From: Caminibacter mediatlanticus TB-2
GTDB lineage: Bacteria; Campylobacterota; Campylobacteria; Campylobacterales; Nautiliaceae
Direction of reading: 5' to 3'
Length of the DNA stretch: 40,000 nucleotides
NCBI RefSeq assembly: GCF_005843985.1
Contig: NZ_CP040463.1
Coordinates: 1,534,878-1,574,877, forward strand
Part shown: positions 7,651 through 17,681 of the stretch, one piece after another
Position numbering within the stretch: the first letter of the stretch is position 1
How the letters are laid out: each line of letters opens with the position of its first letter
Position numbers and translations under genes: made by a program
Notes under the pieces: model-generated
What the model saw: only the letters and a program-made list of their open reading frames with translations
What the model was told of the DNA's origin: nothing
Databases searched by the model: none

Positions 7651-10470
7651 ATGTCTGAATTAAAAGTTCAAGTAGGAAGAAGAGCGTTCCTGAAAATGGC
7701 AGCATTATCAGGTGTTGTTGGTGCAACATCTTTAATGGGCTCAAATTCAGCAGTTAGAGAAGCTACTGAAAATGAATTAAAAGAGCCATTTCCAGGAAGC
7801 AAACTTGTAAAAACTGTATGTACAACTTGCTCAGTTGGATGTGGAATTATAGCAGAAGTTCAAAATGGTGTATGGGTAAGACAAGAAGTTGCTCAAGACC
7901 ATCCTATTAGTCATGGAAGTCACTGCTCAAAAGGTATTGACTCAATTGATTATATCCGTACAGCAAAAAGAGTAAAACATCCACTTAAAAAAGTTAATGG
8001 AAAATGGAAAAGAATTAGTTGGGATGAAGCAATTAATGAAATTAGTGAAAAAATGTTAAAAATTAGAAAAGAAAGTGGACCTGATGCAACAATGTTTTTA
8101 GGTTCAGCAAAAATGGGTACTGAACAATCATATTATTTTAGAAAATTTGCGGCATTTTGGGGTACTAATAATATAGACCATCAAGCCCGTATTTGACATA
8201 GTGCAACAGTCGCGGGGGTCGCGAATACATGGGGTTATGGTGCAATGACAAATCATTTAGGAGATATTCAAAATTCAAAAGCAATCATAATTTTTGGGGC
8301 AAATCCAGCAGTAAATCATCCAGTAGGCTTTAAGCACTTCTTAAAAGCAAAAGAAAGAAATAATGCACTTTTAATTGTTGTTGACCCAAGATTTACACGC
8401 ACAGCAGCAAAAGCAGATATTTATGTAAGGATAAGACCAGGTACTGATATTCCATTTATGTATGGAATGTTACATTTAATATTAAAACACGGATGGCATG
8501 ATGAAGAATTTATTAAAAATAGAGTATTTGGATTTGATGAAGTTATAAAAGAAGCAAAAAAATGGGACCCTAAAAAAGTAGAAGATGTAACAGGAGTACC
8601 TGCTTCTAAATTAATTCAAGTAACAAGAGCATATGCTTCAAGAAAACCTGGAACTCTTGTATGGGCAATGGGCCTTACACAACACAGCATTGGTTCCTCA
8701 AATACAAGAATGGCACCAATACTTCAACTATCTCTTGGAAATATGGGAGTATTTGGTGGTGGATGTAACATTTTAAGAGGTCATGATAATGTCCAAGGTG
8801 CAACTGATATGTGCTGTTTGTCACATTCATTACCTGGATATTATGGATTAAGCGAAGGAAGTTGGAAATATTTTGCACATAACTGGGGAGTTGATTTTGA
8901 CTGGCTTCAAAAAAGATTTGCATCACCTAAATGGATGACAACAAAAGGATTCACTCTTGCTAAATGGTGGGATGGTGTTACACAAGAAGAACCTATCTAT
9001 TCAAGTTCTCCAATTAGAGTATTATGGGTTCAAGGTAATGGTATAACATCTATCGCACAACAAGAAAAAGTAAAAAAAGCATTAGATAAACTTGACTTAT
9101 TAGTAATAGCTGAACCATTTGCAAATGAAGCTGCTATATTAACTGATAAAGAAAATGATGTATATATCTTACCAACAGCAAGTCAATTTGAATGTGAAGG
9201 AAGTGTTACTGCAACAAATAGGTCAGCACAATGGAGAAGTAAAGTAGTAGACCCATTGTATGAGAGTAAAACTGATGAAGAAATAATGTTTGAGTTTGCT
9301 AAAAAATTTGGATTTTATGATGAATTTGTTCGTGGTATGATGATGGGCGTTAAAGATGGTAAAGCTGTAAAAGTTAAAAATACATTCAAATGGCCAGAAG
9401 ATGCAACAAGAGAAATAGCAAGAATAATTAAAACTATTGGATTAACAGGATGGACACCTGAAAGACTTAAAAAACACCAAGAAAATTGGCATATGTTTGA
9501 TGAAGTAACTTTAAAAGGTATTGGTCCTATGGCTGGTGAATATTATGGATTACCTTGGCCTTGCTGGACAGAAGAGCATCCTGGAAGTCCTGTTTTATAT
9601 AATATAAACATTCCAGCAAAAGAAGGTGGAATGGGTTTTAGAGCAAGATTTGGTACAGAATATAAAGGAGTAAATTTATTAGCTGGACCAGCTGCTACAA
9701 TTAAAGGAGCAAAAGTAGAAGGTGGATATCCTGAACTTACAAAAGACAATATTGAAAAAGTCCTTGGAATTAAACTATCTCCAAAAGAAAAAGAAATTAT
9801 GGGTAAAAATTGGAAAGTAGATTTAAGCGGACTTATTGCAAAATATGCTCTTGAAGCTGGCGTAGTCCCTTATGGTAATGCAAAAGCAAGAGCATATGTA
9901 TGGACATTCCCTGATCCAATTCCAAAACACAGAGAACCGCTCCATACACCAAGATATGATTTAGCAAAAATTTATCCAACTTATCCTGACAAAAAAAATC
10001 AGTACAGATGTGATACAAAATTTATTTCGATTCAAAAAACAGATTGGTCAAAAGAATTTCCAATTAATTTAGTTACAGGAAGACTTGTAATGTATAGTGG
10101 TGCAGGATTAATTGAAAGAAATAGCAAATACATTACTCAACTTGAACCTGAAATGTTTGCTCATATTAATCCAGAACTTGCTTATAAACATGGTATCAAT
10201 GATGGTGATATGATGTGGATTTACTCACCTGATGGTGCAAAAATAAAAGTAAAAGCAAAATTTAGCTATTCTGTATCACCAGATAGAATATTCTTACCAT
10301 TCCATTTTGCAGGTATATTTGAAGGAAAAGATTTAAGTGATAAATATCCAGAAGGACTTGTTCCATATGCAATTGGTGAGAGTGCAAATACTGTAACAAA
10401 CTACGGATACGACATTATTACCCAAATTCCAGAAACAAAAGCGGGTCTATGCCGCATTGAAAAAGCATAA
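7651..10470 (+). CDS. fdhA: periplasmic formate dehydrogenase catalytic subunit, selenocysteine-containing (TGA 8194..8196 = Sec)
   Basis: Same-frame ORFs 7651..8196 and 8245..10470 join as ...DHQARI-U-HSATVAGVANTWGYGAMTNH, the Sec/Cys active-site context of Mo/W-bisPGD FDHs. Tat signal GRRAFLKMAAL. N-terminal Cys cluster CTTCSVGCG. RBS AAGGAG. Confidence 0.92.
8197..8231 (+). promoter_or_regulatory. SECIS-like hairpin downstream of the fdhA UGA
   Basis: UCGCG(8210-8214)/CGCGA(8220-8224) form a stem with apical loop GGGGU. A short lower pairing joins CAU(8197-99) and AUG(8229-31). The loop lies about 21 nt after the UGA, as in bacterial SECIS elements. Confidence 0.6.
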
Positions 10471-10480
10471 GGAGTAAAAA

Positions 10481-11074
10481 ATGTATAACTATGCAAGAAT
10501 GAAATTTTATTGCGATACTGAAAGATGTATTGAATGCTTTGGATGTGTAATAGCATGTGATGAAGCACACGAACTACCTCTTGGTATCGCAAGAAGAAAA
10601 GTAGTTACATTAAATGATGGAATTGAGGGTAAAGAATTTTCAGTATCCGTAGCTTGTATGCATTGTACTGATGCACCATGTGAGCAAGTATGTCCTGTTG
10701 ATTGTTTTTATATAAGAGAAGATGGAATAGTACTTCATGATAAAGACAAATGTATTGGGTGTGGATATTGTTTATATGCATGTCCATTTGGAGCACCACA
10801 ATTTCCAAAAGATGGAGCTTTTGGAATTAGAGGTGTTATGGATAAATGTACAATGTGTGCAGGTGGTCCAGAACCTACTTTTTCTATTGAAGAAAGAGAA
10901 AAATATGGACAAAACAGAATTGCTGAAGGTAAAGTTCCTATGTGTGCAGCTACATGCTCTACAAATGCACTACTTGTAGGTGATGCAGAAAGTGTTTCGA
11001 AAATTTATAGAGAAAGAGTTGCAGCAAGAGGAAAAGGAGTACAAACTCCATATGGTTGGAAAGAGGCATATTAA
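10481..11074 (+). CDS. fdhB: formate dehydrogenase iron-sulfur subunit
   Basis: 197 aa. Multiple ferredoxin motifs (CIECFGCVIAC, CMHCTDAPCEQVCP, CIGCGYCLYACP, CTMC..). Follows fdhA. Confidence 0.9.
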   Translation: MYNYARMKFYCDTERCIECFGCVIACDEAHELPLGIARRKVVTLNDGIEGKEFSVSVACMHCTDAPCEQVCPVDCFYIREDGIVLHDKDKCIGCGYCLYACPFGAPQFPKDGAFGIRGVMDKCTMCAGGPEPTFSIEEREKYGQNRIAEGKVPMCAATCSTNALLVGDAESVSKIYRERVAARGKGVQTPYGWKEAY

Positions 11075-11084
11075 GGAGCATTTA

Positions 11085-12017
11085 ATGAAAAAAATCTATT
11101 TTTTGCTATTTAGCAGTTTAACTATTTTTGCAGGAGAAGTTCCTCTTGCTTCTCCAAATCTCGCTCCTACACATCCTGGAAGTCAACTTTATAAAGAAGA
11201 GATGATTGAAGCAATTCCATTTTGGAATAAATTTGGAGAACTTTTTGTATATGTTCAAACTCATTATACAAAACCTTTATTTTTAGCAATCCTAATAGGA
11301 GTTCCATTAGCTTTTGCCTTTCATTATTTTGTCTGGGGTCCAAAAAAATTCTCTCACAAAGGTAGAAAATTTTTAATTTTTCCAAAATGGCAAAGAATCG
11401 TTCATTGGATTGCAGCACTTGGATTTATTTTTTTAGTACCAACTGGATTTTTAATTATTTATGCAAAATATTTTGGAGGTGGAGAACCTATTAGATTTGC
11501 AAGAACTATTCACGATATTGGAGCTATTCTTTTTGCTATTGCTTTTATTCCAATGATGTTAATGTGGTTTAAAGATATGCTTCCAAAAAGTTGGGATTTA
11601 AAATGGTTAGGAATGCTTGGAGGATATTTAAGTAAAGAAAAAAAAGAAATCCCAGCTCATAAATTCAATGCTGGTCAAAAAATGTGGTATTGGACAATTT
11701 TTTTTGGTGGAGCATTAATGCTTTTAACAGGATTTTTACTTTATATTCAAACATTTGATAAGTCCCTTCTTAATGTTAAAATTTTTCAAATTGATATTTT
11801 AAGAATTGCAATACTAACTCATTTAGCATTAGCTTTAATTATAGTAGCTCTTTTCTTTACACACCTTTATATGTCTCTTTTTGCAATAAAAGGTGCAGTT
11901 GATAGTATGATTAGTGGCTGTAAAAGTGAAGATGAATTAAAACACTTACATTCTATTTTCTACAAAGATATAATTAACAAAAAGATAGACAAAAAATTAG
12001 AAGAAGGTTGTAAATAA
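11085..12017 (+). CDS. fdhC: formate dehydrogenase cytochrome b membrane subunit
   Basis: Start moved to ATG 11085 (RBS AAGGAG at 11073-78); the longer ORF from 10980 would overlap fdhB. Multi-TM protein with conserved His in the helices (HWIAALGF, HDIGAILF, THLALAL). Confidence 0.75.
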   Translation: MKKIYFLLFSSLTIFAGEVPLASPNLAPTHPGSQLYKEEMIEAIPFWNKFGELFVYVQTHYTKPLFLAILIGVPLAFAFHYFVWGPKKFSHKGRKFLIFPKWQRIVHWIAALGFIFLVPTGFLIIYAKYFGGGEPIRFARTIHDIGAILFAIAFIPMMLMWFKDMLPKSWDLKWLGMLGGYLSKEKKEIPAHKFNAGQKMWYWTIFFGGALMLLTGFLLYIQTFDKSLLNVKIFQIDILRIAILTHLALALIIVALFFTHLYMSLFAIKGAVDSMISGCKSEDELKHLHSIFYKDIINKKIDKKLEEGCK

Positions 12018-12030
12018 CCTTCTTTTTTTT
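12002..12030 (+). terminator. rho-independent terminator of the fdh operon
   Basis: AGAAGGTT-GTAAAT-AACCTTCT stem-loop followed by T7. The stem overlaps the fdhC stop codon. Confidence 0.65.
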
Positions 12031-12047
12031 AATAAAATATGCAAATT

Positions 12048-12063
12048 TGTCACATTTAAGACA
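12048..12063. promoter_or_regulatory. palindromic operator TGTCACATTTAAGACA (TGTC-N8-GACA), CRP/FNR-type, upstream of wtpA
   Basis: One of three sites sharing TGTCA-N5-AAGACA. The site centre lies 32 bp upstream of the centre of the -10-like TAAAAT (12085-12090) and 62 bp upstream of the ATG. Confidence 0.5.
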
Positions 12064-12117
12064 ATGCTAAATTTAAATAAATCTTAAAATATGCAAAATA
12101 ATCATAAAAGGTAAAAA

Positions 12118-13035
12118 ATGAAAAAGCTAATATTACTTATTTTAATTGCATTAACATTAATTGCAAAAGAAACAATTATTGTATTTCATGCTGGAAGTTT
12201 AAGTGTTCCTTTTTCACAAATTGAAAAAGCATTTGAGAAAAAATATCCAAATTACGATGTAATAAGAGAAGCTGCTGGAAGTAGAGCGTGTGCAAGAAAA
12301 ATAACTGACTTAGGTAAAAAAGCTGATGTAATGGCAAGTGCTGATTATAAAGTAATTGATAATTTATTAATACCTAATTATACTGATAACAACATACTTT
12401 TTGCAACAAATAAAATGGTAATAGCTTATACACCTAATTCAAAATATGCAAATGAAATAAACTCTCAAAATTGGCCTGATATCTTATTAAGAAAAGGAGT
12501 AAAAGTAGGACACTCTAATCCAAATTTAGACCCTTGTGGTTATAGAAGTATATTAGTTACAAAACTTGCTGAAATATATTACCAAAAACCAAATTTTTAT
12601 AATAAATTACTTGGTTACGGAGAATATTATACTAATGGTGAAGAAAACATAGAAAAAATAATAGTTAGACCAAAAGAAACTGACCTTTTAGGATTACTTG
12701 AAAGTGGTGCAATAGATTATTTATATATATATAAATCAGTAGCTAAACAACATAGATTAAAATATATCGAACTTCCAAAACAACTAAACTTAGGAAGTAA
12801 GAAGTATGCAAACTATTACAAACAAGTAAGTTTTAAAATTACAGGTAAAAAACCAGGGACTTTTATAGTAAAAAAAGGTACTCCTATGGTATATGGAATT
12901 ACTGTTTTAAAAAATGCAAAAAAAGGAGCTATTTTATTTACAAAATTTGTCTTATCAAAGTACGGTAGAGATATTATGAAAAAAAATGGTCAAGATGTTA
13001 TATATCCAGCTGAATTAAAAATAGAGCTTAAATAA
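12118..13035 (+). CDS. tungstate/molybdate ABC transporter periplasmic binding protein (WtpA/ModA family)
   Basis: Signal peptide, then VFHAGSLSVPF, ASADY and NLDPCGYRS strings typical of WtpA-type oxyanion binders. Followed by an ATPase and a permease. Confidence 0.75.
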   Translation: MKKLILLILIALTLIAKETIIVFHAGSLSVPFSQIEKAFEKKYPNYDVIREAAGSRACARKITDLGKKADVMASADYKVIDNLLIPNYTDNNILFATNKMVIAYTPNSKYANEINSQNWPDILLRKGVKVGHSNPNLDPCGYRSILVTKLAEIYYQKPNFYNKLLGYGEYYTNGEENIEKIIVRPKETDLLGLLESGAIDYLYIYKSVAKQHRLKYIELPKQLNLGSKKYANYYKQVSFKITGKKPGTFIVKKGTPMVYGITVLKNAKKGAILFTKFVLSKYGRDIMKKNGQDVIYPAELKIELK

Positions 13036-13988
13036 TGCTTGAAATTAAAAATTTATTTTTACAAAAGGGAGATTTTATATTAAATCTCTCTTTAAATTTA
13101 AAAAATGAATATTTTGTTTTACTTGGAAAAACAGGAAGTGGAAAAACTTTACTGCTTGAGAGTATAGCTGGATTTCACAAAATAAAAGGAAAAATTTACT
13201 TTAACAATAAAGATATCACTAACTTACCTCCTGAAAAAAGAGATTTTGGATTTGTTTATCAAGATTTTGCACTTTTTCCTAATATGAATGTTGAAGAAAA
13301 TATAAAATTTAGCGAAAAATTTAAAAAAGTAAAAGATAATTTTAATGAAATCGTAGAATTTTTAGACATCAAACACTTACTTAATAGAAACATCAACAAT
13401 TTAAGTGGTGGAGAAAAACAAAGAGTAGCAATTGCAAGGGCTATTTATTCAAATCCAAAACTTCTTTTGTTAGACGAACCACTAAGTGCAATAGACCCTA
13501 CTTTTAGAAATGAAATTATGAAAAAATTAAAAGAAATTAACAAAAAATACTCTATTCCAATTATTCATGTTACTCACAATTTTAGAGAAGCTTCATACTT
13601 AGCAGATACGCTTGGAATAATTCTAAAAGGAAAACTTTTACAAATAGGAGATGCAAAAGATGTTTTAAAAAATCCAAATTCTATTGAAGTTGCTAAATTC
13701 TTAGGATTTAAAAATATTTTTGAAGTTAGTATGTTAGGATTTAATTCACCTTCTAAATTTTTCTCAATAGACCCAAATGAAATTAACATCTCTTTTAAAA
13801 AAGAAGGAGATTATTGTTTTGAAGGAGTTATTGAAGAGATTATGGGAATAACAGACCATTATAAAATATATGTAAGAGTAAAAGATAAAATATTTTTTGT
13901 GAAATACCCAAAAAGAGAAAATTGGCATTTTAAAGTAAATGATAAAGTTTATCTATGTTTTAATAAAGAAAACATAATTTTTATTTAG
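13035..13988 (+). CDS. ABC transporter ATP-binding protein (Mo/W uptake) with C-terminal TOBE-like tail
   Basis: Walker A GKTGSGKT, signature LSGGEKQR, Walker B LLLDEP. Start overlaps the upstream stop. Confidence 0.85.
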   Translation: MLEIKNLFLQKGDFILNLSLNLKNEYFVLLGKTGSGKTLLLESIAGFHKIKGKIYFNNKDITNLPPEKRDFGFVYQDFALFPNMNVEENIKFSEKFKKVKDNFNEIVEFLDIKHLLNRNINNLSGGEKQRVAIARAIYSNPKLLLLDEPLSAIDPTFRNEIMKKLKEINKKYSIPIIHVTHNFREASYLADTLGIILKGKLLQIGDAKDVLKNPNSIEVAKFLGFKNIFEVSMLGFNSPSKFFSIDPNEINISFKKEGDYCFEGVIEEIMGITDHYKIYVRVKDKIFFVKYPKRENWHFKVNDKVYLCFNKENIIFI

Positions 13989-13996
13989 GAGAGAGA

Positions 13997-14722
13997 ATGA
14001 AAAAGATTTTTTTTATTTTAAGTATTATAATAATCTCATTTTTAAGTTTGCCTATTTTAAAATTAATCTTTAATATTCCAATCTCTACTTATTTAGAAAC
14101 AATAAAAGATAAAGAGGTAATTAGTTCAATAATTCTAACAATGAAAGTATCATTCTTTGCAGTATTATTTGTCCTTTTAACAGGTCTTCCTCTTGCATAT
14201 TTAATTGCAAGATATGAATTTAAAGGTAAAAGCTTGATTGAAAGTATTATAGATATTCCAACAATGATACCACATACAGCAGCTGGTATTGCTTTGCTTT
14301 TTACATTTGGGAAAATTTTCCCAATAATTGATACTACATTTGGAATAATGCTTGCAATGATGTTTCTTTCAGCTCCATATTTAATAAATTCTGCAAAAGA
14401 AGGTTTTAGAAAAGTTGATATTAAACTTGAAAATTCTGCAAGAATTCTTGGGGCAAATCCTTTTTGGACCTTTTTAAAAATCACAATTCCTAATGCAAGA
14501 AAAGATATAGTAAATGGTATGCTTTTAATGTGGGCAAGAGGACTTGGAGAATTTGGAGCAGTAGTAATTATTGCTTATCATCCTATGGTAGCACCTGTTT
14601 TAATTTATGATAGATATACAAGCTTTGGACTTAAATACTCAGCACCAGTTGCTGCTGTAATGATAATAGTATCTATTTTTATATTTATAATCATTAGAAA
14701 AATAAACAATTCTATTAAATAA
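13997..14722 (+). CDS. ABC transporter permease (Mo/W uptake)
   Basis: 241 aa, about 5-6 TM. The EAA-type loop is AKEGFRKVDIKLENSARILGANPFWTFLKITIP. Confidence 0.85.
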   Translation: MKKIFFILSIIIISFLSLPILKLIFNIPISTYLETIKDKEVISSIILTMKVSFFAVLFVLLTGLPLAYLIARYEFKGKSLIESIIDIPTMIPHTAAGIALLFTFGKIFPIIDTTFGIMLAMMFLSAPYLINSAKEGFRKVDIKLENSARILGANPFWTFLKITIPNARKDIVNGMLLMWARGLGEFGAVVIIAYHPMVAPVLIYDRYTSFGLKYSAPVAAVMIIVSIFIFIIIRKINNSIK

Positions 14723-14826
14723 CTTCTATTACAAATCGAAAATTGAAAATGTACAATGAAAAAAATATCGCATTGTTAAGAAATTTTAAATTTTTTAAAA
14801 ATATTCAAACTCATTAGAATTGGTAT

Positions 14827-14865
14827 TAATGCTTTTTAACTTTTGCAAAATAGTAAAAATTTAAA
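14827..14865 (+). repeat. copy 1 of a 39-bp direct repeat flanking focA
   Basis: TAATGCTTTTTAACTTTTGCAAAATAGTAAAAATTTAAA versus 15998..16036 TAATGATTTTTAATTTTTGCTAAATGGTAAAAATTTAAA (35/39 identical). Looser similarity (TATTAAATT..AAAAAG) continues about 40 nt further. Confidence 0.6.
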
Positions 14866-14935
14866 ATATTGTTTTTTATTATTGAATTAATATTAAATTT
14901 TAAAAATGAAAGAGAGAAAGAGAGAATTAATGAGC

Positions 14936-15802
14936 TTAATTATCTAACTCTTTTTTATAAGAATATAATGCCACTATTCCTACAAAAATTAATCCACCAA
15001 CAATATTTCCAAGAGTTACAGGTAACTCATTATTTAATAAAAATGTTTTTATATTAAATGTTTCAAGCTCTTCAACTGGTATATGAAGTGCAGCTGCAGC
15101 TTGTTGAATATCACCACCAAATTGTGCTAAATAATGAGCTTTTGCTAATAATCCTTCACTAATTATAAACATATTAGCAACACAGTGTTCATAACCACTT
15201 GCAACGAATGCTGCAATCAAAAATGCAATTCCCCAAATTTTACCTGCACCATCTTCAGTAGCTACTGCTACCCAAATAGCCATACATACGAAAACGTTAC
15301 AAAATATTCCCCTAATAAATGCTTCTGTGAAAGTTAAATGAGTTTTAACTGCTCCAAGATGAGCAAAATGTTTTAAAATTGCTTCATTATATTTCATAGG
15401 AAGTCCAGATTTATAATAAAGATATGCAATCATAACACCACCTACAAAATTGAAAATCCAAACAACTGTCCAATAAGAAATAACACCATTAAAAATGTTA
15501 ACCTCTTTTCTTGCAAAAGAAACACCACTTAAAATTGAGCTTGTAAATAAATGTCCTCCAAAGAAGACTACCATCATCAATCCGGCTGAGAACGCGAAAC
15601 CACCAATAAAGTTTGCAATACCTGGGGCTAAATTCTTAGCGACTCCAACCGTAGCATGAGCCCAGAAAATATCACCCATTGCAATAGCACCACCTGCCAT
15701 AATAGCAAGCAAAATAACACTAATCAATGGATACTCAGTTTTATGTGCAGACATATGTGAAATTGCATGCACAGTTTCATGAGGTGCTTTAACCATTGCC
15801 AT
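14936..15802 (-). CDS. focA: formate/nitrite transporter family formate channel (FocA/FocB-like)
   Basis: 288 aa, 6 TM. FNT strings GGHLFTS, FCNVFVCMAIW and TLGNIVGGLIF. RBS AGGAG. Lies downstream of the hyf operon, like focB in E. coli. Confidence 0.9.
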   Translation of the reverse strand: MAMVKAPHETVHAISHMSAHKTEYPLISVILLAIMAGGAIAMGDIFWAHATVGVAKNLAPGIANFIGGFAFSAGLMMVVFFGGHLFTSSILSGVSFARKEVNIFNGVISYWTVVWIFNFVGGVMIAYLYYKSGLPMKYNEAILKHFAHLGAVKTHLTFTEAFIRGIFCNVFVCMAIWVAVATEDGAGKIWGIAFLIAAFVASGYEHCVANMFIISEGLLAKAHYLAQFGGDIQQAAAALHIPVEELETFNIKTFLLNNELPVTLGNIVGGLIFVGIVALYSYKKELDN

Positions 15803-15859
15803 TACTACTCCTTTTTTTAAACTTACAATCTAAGTTTAATACTAATAAAAAGAAAAAAA

Positions 15860-15875
15860 TGTCATTTGTAAGACA
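15860..15875. promoter_or_regulatory. palindromic operator TGTCATTTGTAAGACA upstream of focA
   Basis: TGTC-N8-GACA. The centre lies 32 bp from the centre of a -10-like TAAACT (minus strand, 15833-15838) and about 65 bp upstream of the focA ATG. Confidence 0.5.
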
Positions 15876-15997
15876 AATATTAAAATATAGTTAAAAAGTA
15901 AGTATGATTTAAAAATATTACATTAATAAACACAATATTTTTTAAAAATTAAATATAGAAAAACAAAAAAATATTCTTTTTAATATAAACATCAAGC

Positions 15998-16036
15998 TAA
16001 TGATTTTTAATTTTTGCTAAATGGTAAAAATTTAAA
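15998..16036 (+). repeat. copy 2 of the 39-bp direct repeat flanking focA
   Basis: See 14827..14865. Located between the hycI stop and the focA promoter. Confidence 0.6.
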
Positions 16037-16082
16037 CTCTTGGTTAATGATTTATGATTTTATTTTTTATATTAAATTGAAA

Positions 16083-16505
16083 TTAAAAAGAATCATTCAA
16101 TTTATTAAAAGCTTCGTTAAGAGAGTTTAATGCCCTATTAGATACTTCAAAAGTAATTTTTCCAAGATTTTTTTCATCAACTCCTATTCCTAAAAATAAA
16201 ACATTATCACAAAACTCTTTTATAAATTCAATAATAAGATAAAGGGGAATATTATGAGTAGAATATAAATAATTAGCATCTTTTTGAAGAGATAAAAATT
16301 CAGCCCCCTCTATTCCAATAACAGCATCTGCTACTACAACCAAATCAGGAGAGTATTTTTTAAGCTTAAAAACTTCGTCTTCTGGAGTATCATTTCCAAA
16401 AAATACTCTCCAACCTTCTAACTTTTCAATCATCTCTCCAAGTTTTATTGCAACACTATCATCACCTTTTAAAGGATTACCAACTACTAAAAGAGCTTTT
16501 TTCAA
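16083..16505 (-). CDS. hycI: hydrogenase 3/4 large-subunit maturation endopeptidase
   Basis: 140 aa. VVGNPLKGDDSVAIKLG matches the HycI GNxxxGDD motif. Overlaps the upstream gene by 4 nt. Confidence 0.85.
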   Translation of the reverse strand: MKKALLVVGNPLKGDDSVAIKLGEMIEKLEGWRVFFGNDTPEDEVFKLKKYSPDLVVVADAVIGIEGAEFLSLQKDANYLYSTHNIPLYLIIEFIKEFCDNVLFLGIGVDEKNLGKITFEVSNRALNSLNEAFNKLNDSF

Positions 16506-16846
16506 TCTACTTTCCTTAATACAATAAACCCTTCTTTTAAATTCATTAGTAAATTTTTAAACTCACTATCTGCAAGACACTCTAATTTTTTTATATGTTC
16601 AGGAAAAATTTCTACTTCTCCATACTTAAATACATTACCTATTTTAAATTTTGCATATTCACATGAGCGTGATATTATATCTTTTAATTTTTCTTCATCA
16701 ATTTCCATTACACACTCTAAAAAATCAATTTTTCCTACACTTCCATGACCTGTTGTTGTAGAAAAAACTTTTACTTGATTTAATTTTTCATTTTTTAAAT
16801 CACACTTCTCAACATGTCTTCTTGTTAATTTAAAAACTTTAATCAT
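16502..16846 (-). CDS. hyfJ: formate hydrogenlyase maturation protein HycH/HyfJ
   Basis: 114 aa. FSTTTGHGSVGKIDFLE and KYGEVEIF align with E. coli HycH YSLAIGHHLGVIDCLE and KYGEIVID. Confidence 0.7.
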   Translation of the reverse strand: MIKVFKLTRRHVEKCDLKNEKLNQVKVFSTTTGHGSVGKIDFLECVMEIDEEKLKDIISRSCEYAKFKIGNVFKYGEVEIFPEHIKKLECLADSEFKNLLMNLKEGFIVLRKVD

Positions 16847-17681
16847 CTCTCTCCTTTAAAACATCAAAACAAATTTTCTCTCCACTAATTCCAAGTTGGT
16901 CTTTTAAATGTCTTAAATAAACTTCATTATATAAAATAATATAACACTCAGCAAATCTAAAATCAATCTCTTCTTTTACTGCTTTAATAACTGCTTTTTT
17001 TGTATATTCTGGAATTAAAGGATTTTTTGCATTTTTAATAATATCTAAAAATTTTTTGTATAGTTGTTTTCCATATAAATACCCCATAAGTCTTTTTGAT
17101 TCAAAATAAACATCTCTTTCAAATAAAAGATTACCTAAAATTGGTTTTTCAACCTCAGGTGCTTCTCCCTCATCATCTTTATATTCTACTTTTTTCATTT
17201 TTTGGTCAAGTATTCCAAGGGCTACTGCTAATCCATGAATAATAGTTGCTGGATGAGGAGGACATCCTGGAATATACACATCAACTGGAAGAGTAGAATC
17301 AATTCCACTCCATACAGCATAAGAATCATGAAATATTCCTCCTGTACATCCACAAGCACCAACTGCTATAACTACTTTTGGGTCAGGTGTTGCTTCGTAT
17401 GCTCTTAAAAGAGGATAATACATCTGTCTTGTAAGAGGACCTGTACATAATAAAATATCTGCGTGTCTTGGAGATGCTACAAGTTTAAATCCAAATCTTT
17501 CAGGGTCCCACATAGGAGTAATGGCTGCAAAAATTTCAATCTCACATCCATTACAAGAACCACAATCTACTCTAAACACACTAAAACTTCTTTTTATATC
17601 TTTAAGAAGTCTTAATTTATCTTCTAAACTATTATTATCAAAAATATCTTTATCTAAAATTACTTTTGGTTTTTTGCTCAT
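16839..17681 (-). CDS. hyfI: [NiFe] hydrogenase small subunit, NuoB-like (HycG/HyfI)
   Basis: CGSCNGCEIE, VGACGCTGG and IPGCPPHP (ligands of the single proximal 4Fe-4S cluster). Confidence 0.9.
   Translation of the reverse strand: MSKKPKVILDKDIFDNNSLEDKLRLLKDIKRSFSVFRVDCGSCNGCEIEIFAAITPMWDPERFGFKLVASPRHADILLCTGPLTRQMYYPLLRAYEATPDPKVVIAVGACGCTGGIFHDSYAVWSGIDSTLPVDVYIPGCPPHPATIIHGLAVALGILDQKMKKVEYKDDEGEAPEVEKPILGNLLFERDVYFESKRLMGYLYGKQLYKKFLDIIKNAKNPLIPEYTKKAVIKAVKEEIDFRFAECYIILYNEVYLRHLKDQLGISGEKICFDVLKERDD

Noticed and set aside
7651-10470. fdhA appears as two ORFs split by a stop (8194-8196), which could suggest a pseudogene
   Set aside because: The stop is a TGA in the exact ARx-U-HS active-site context. 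Both parts are in the same frame and a hairpin follows. The sel machinery is encoded nearby, so this is selenocysteine, not a disruption.
10980-11084. Longer fdhC start at 10980
   Set aside because: It would overlap fdhB by 95 nt in another frame and encode a hydrophilic non-conserved leader. ATG 11085 has a perfect AAGGAG RBS and begins with a signal/TM-like segment.
14749-14817. 22-codon mini-ORF (MYNEKNIALLRNFKFFKNIQTH) in the wtp/focA spacer
   Set aside because: No RBS and an AT-rich chance ORF, with no supporting feature.
14822-14834. Possible sigma-54 promoter (TGGTATTAATGC) near the focA-flanking repeat
   Set aside because: The GG-to-GC spacing is 9 nt instead of the required 12. The second repeat copy lacks the GG. 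The orientation does not face a gene start.
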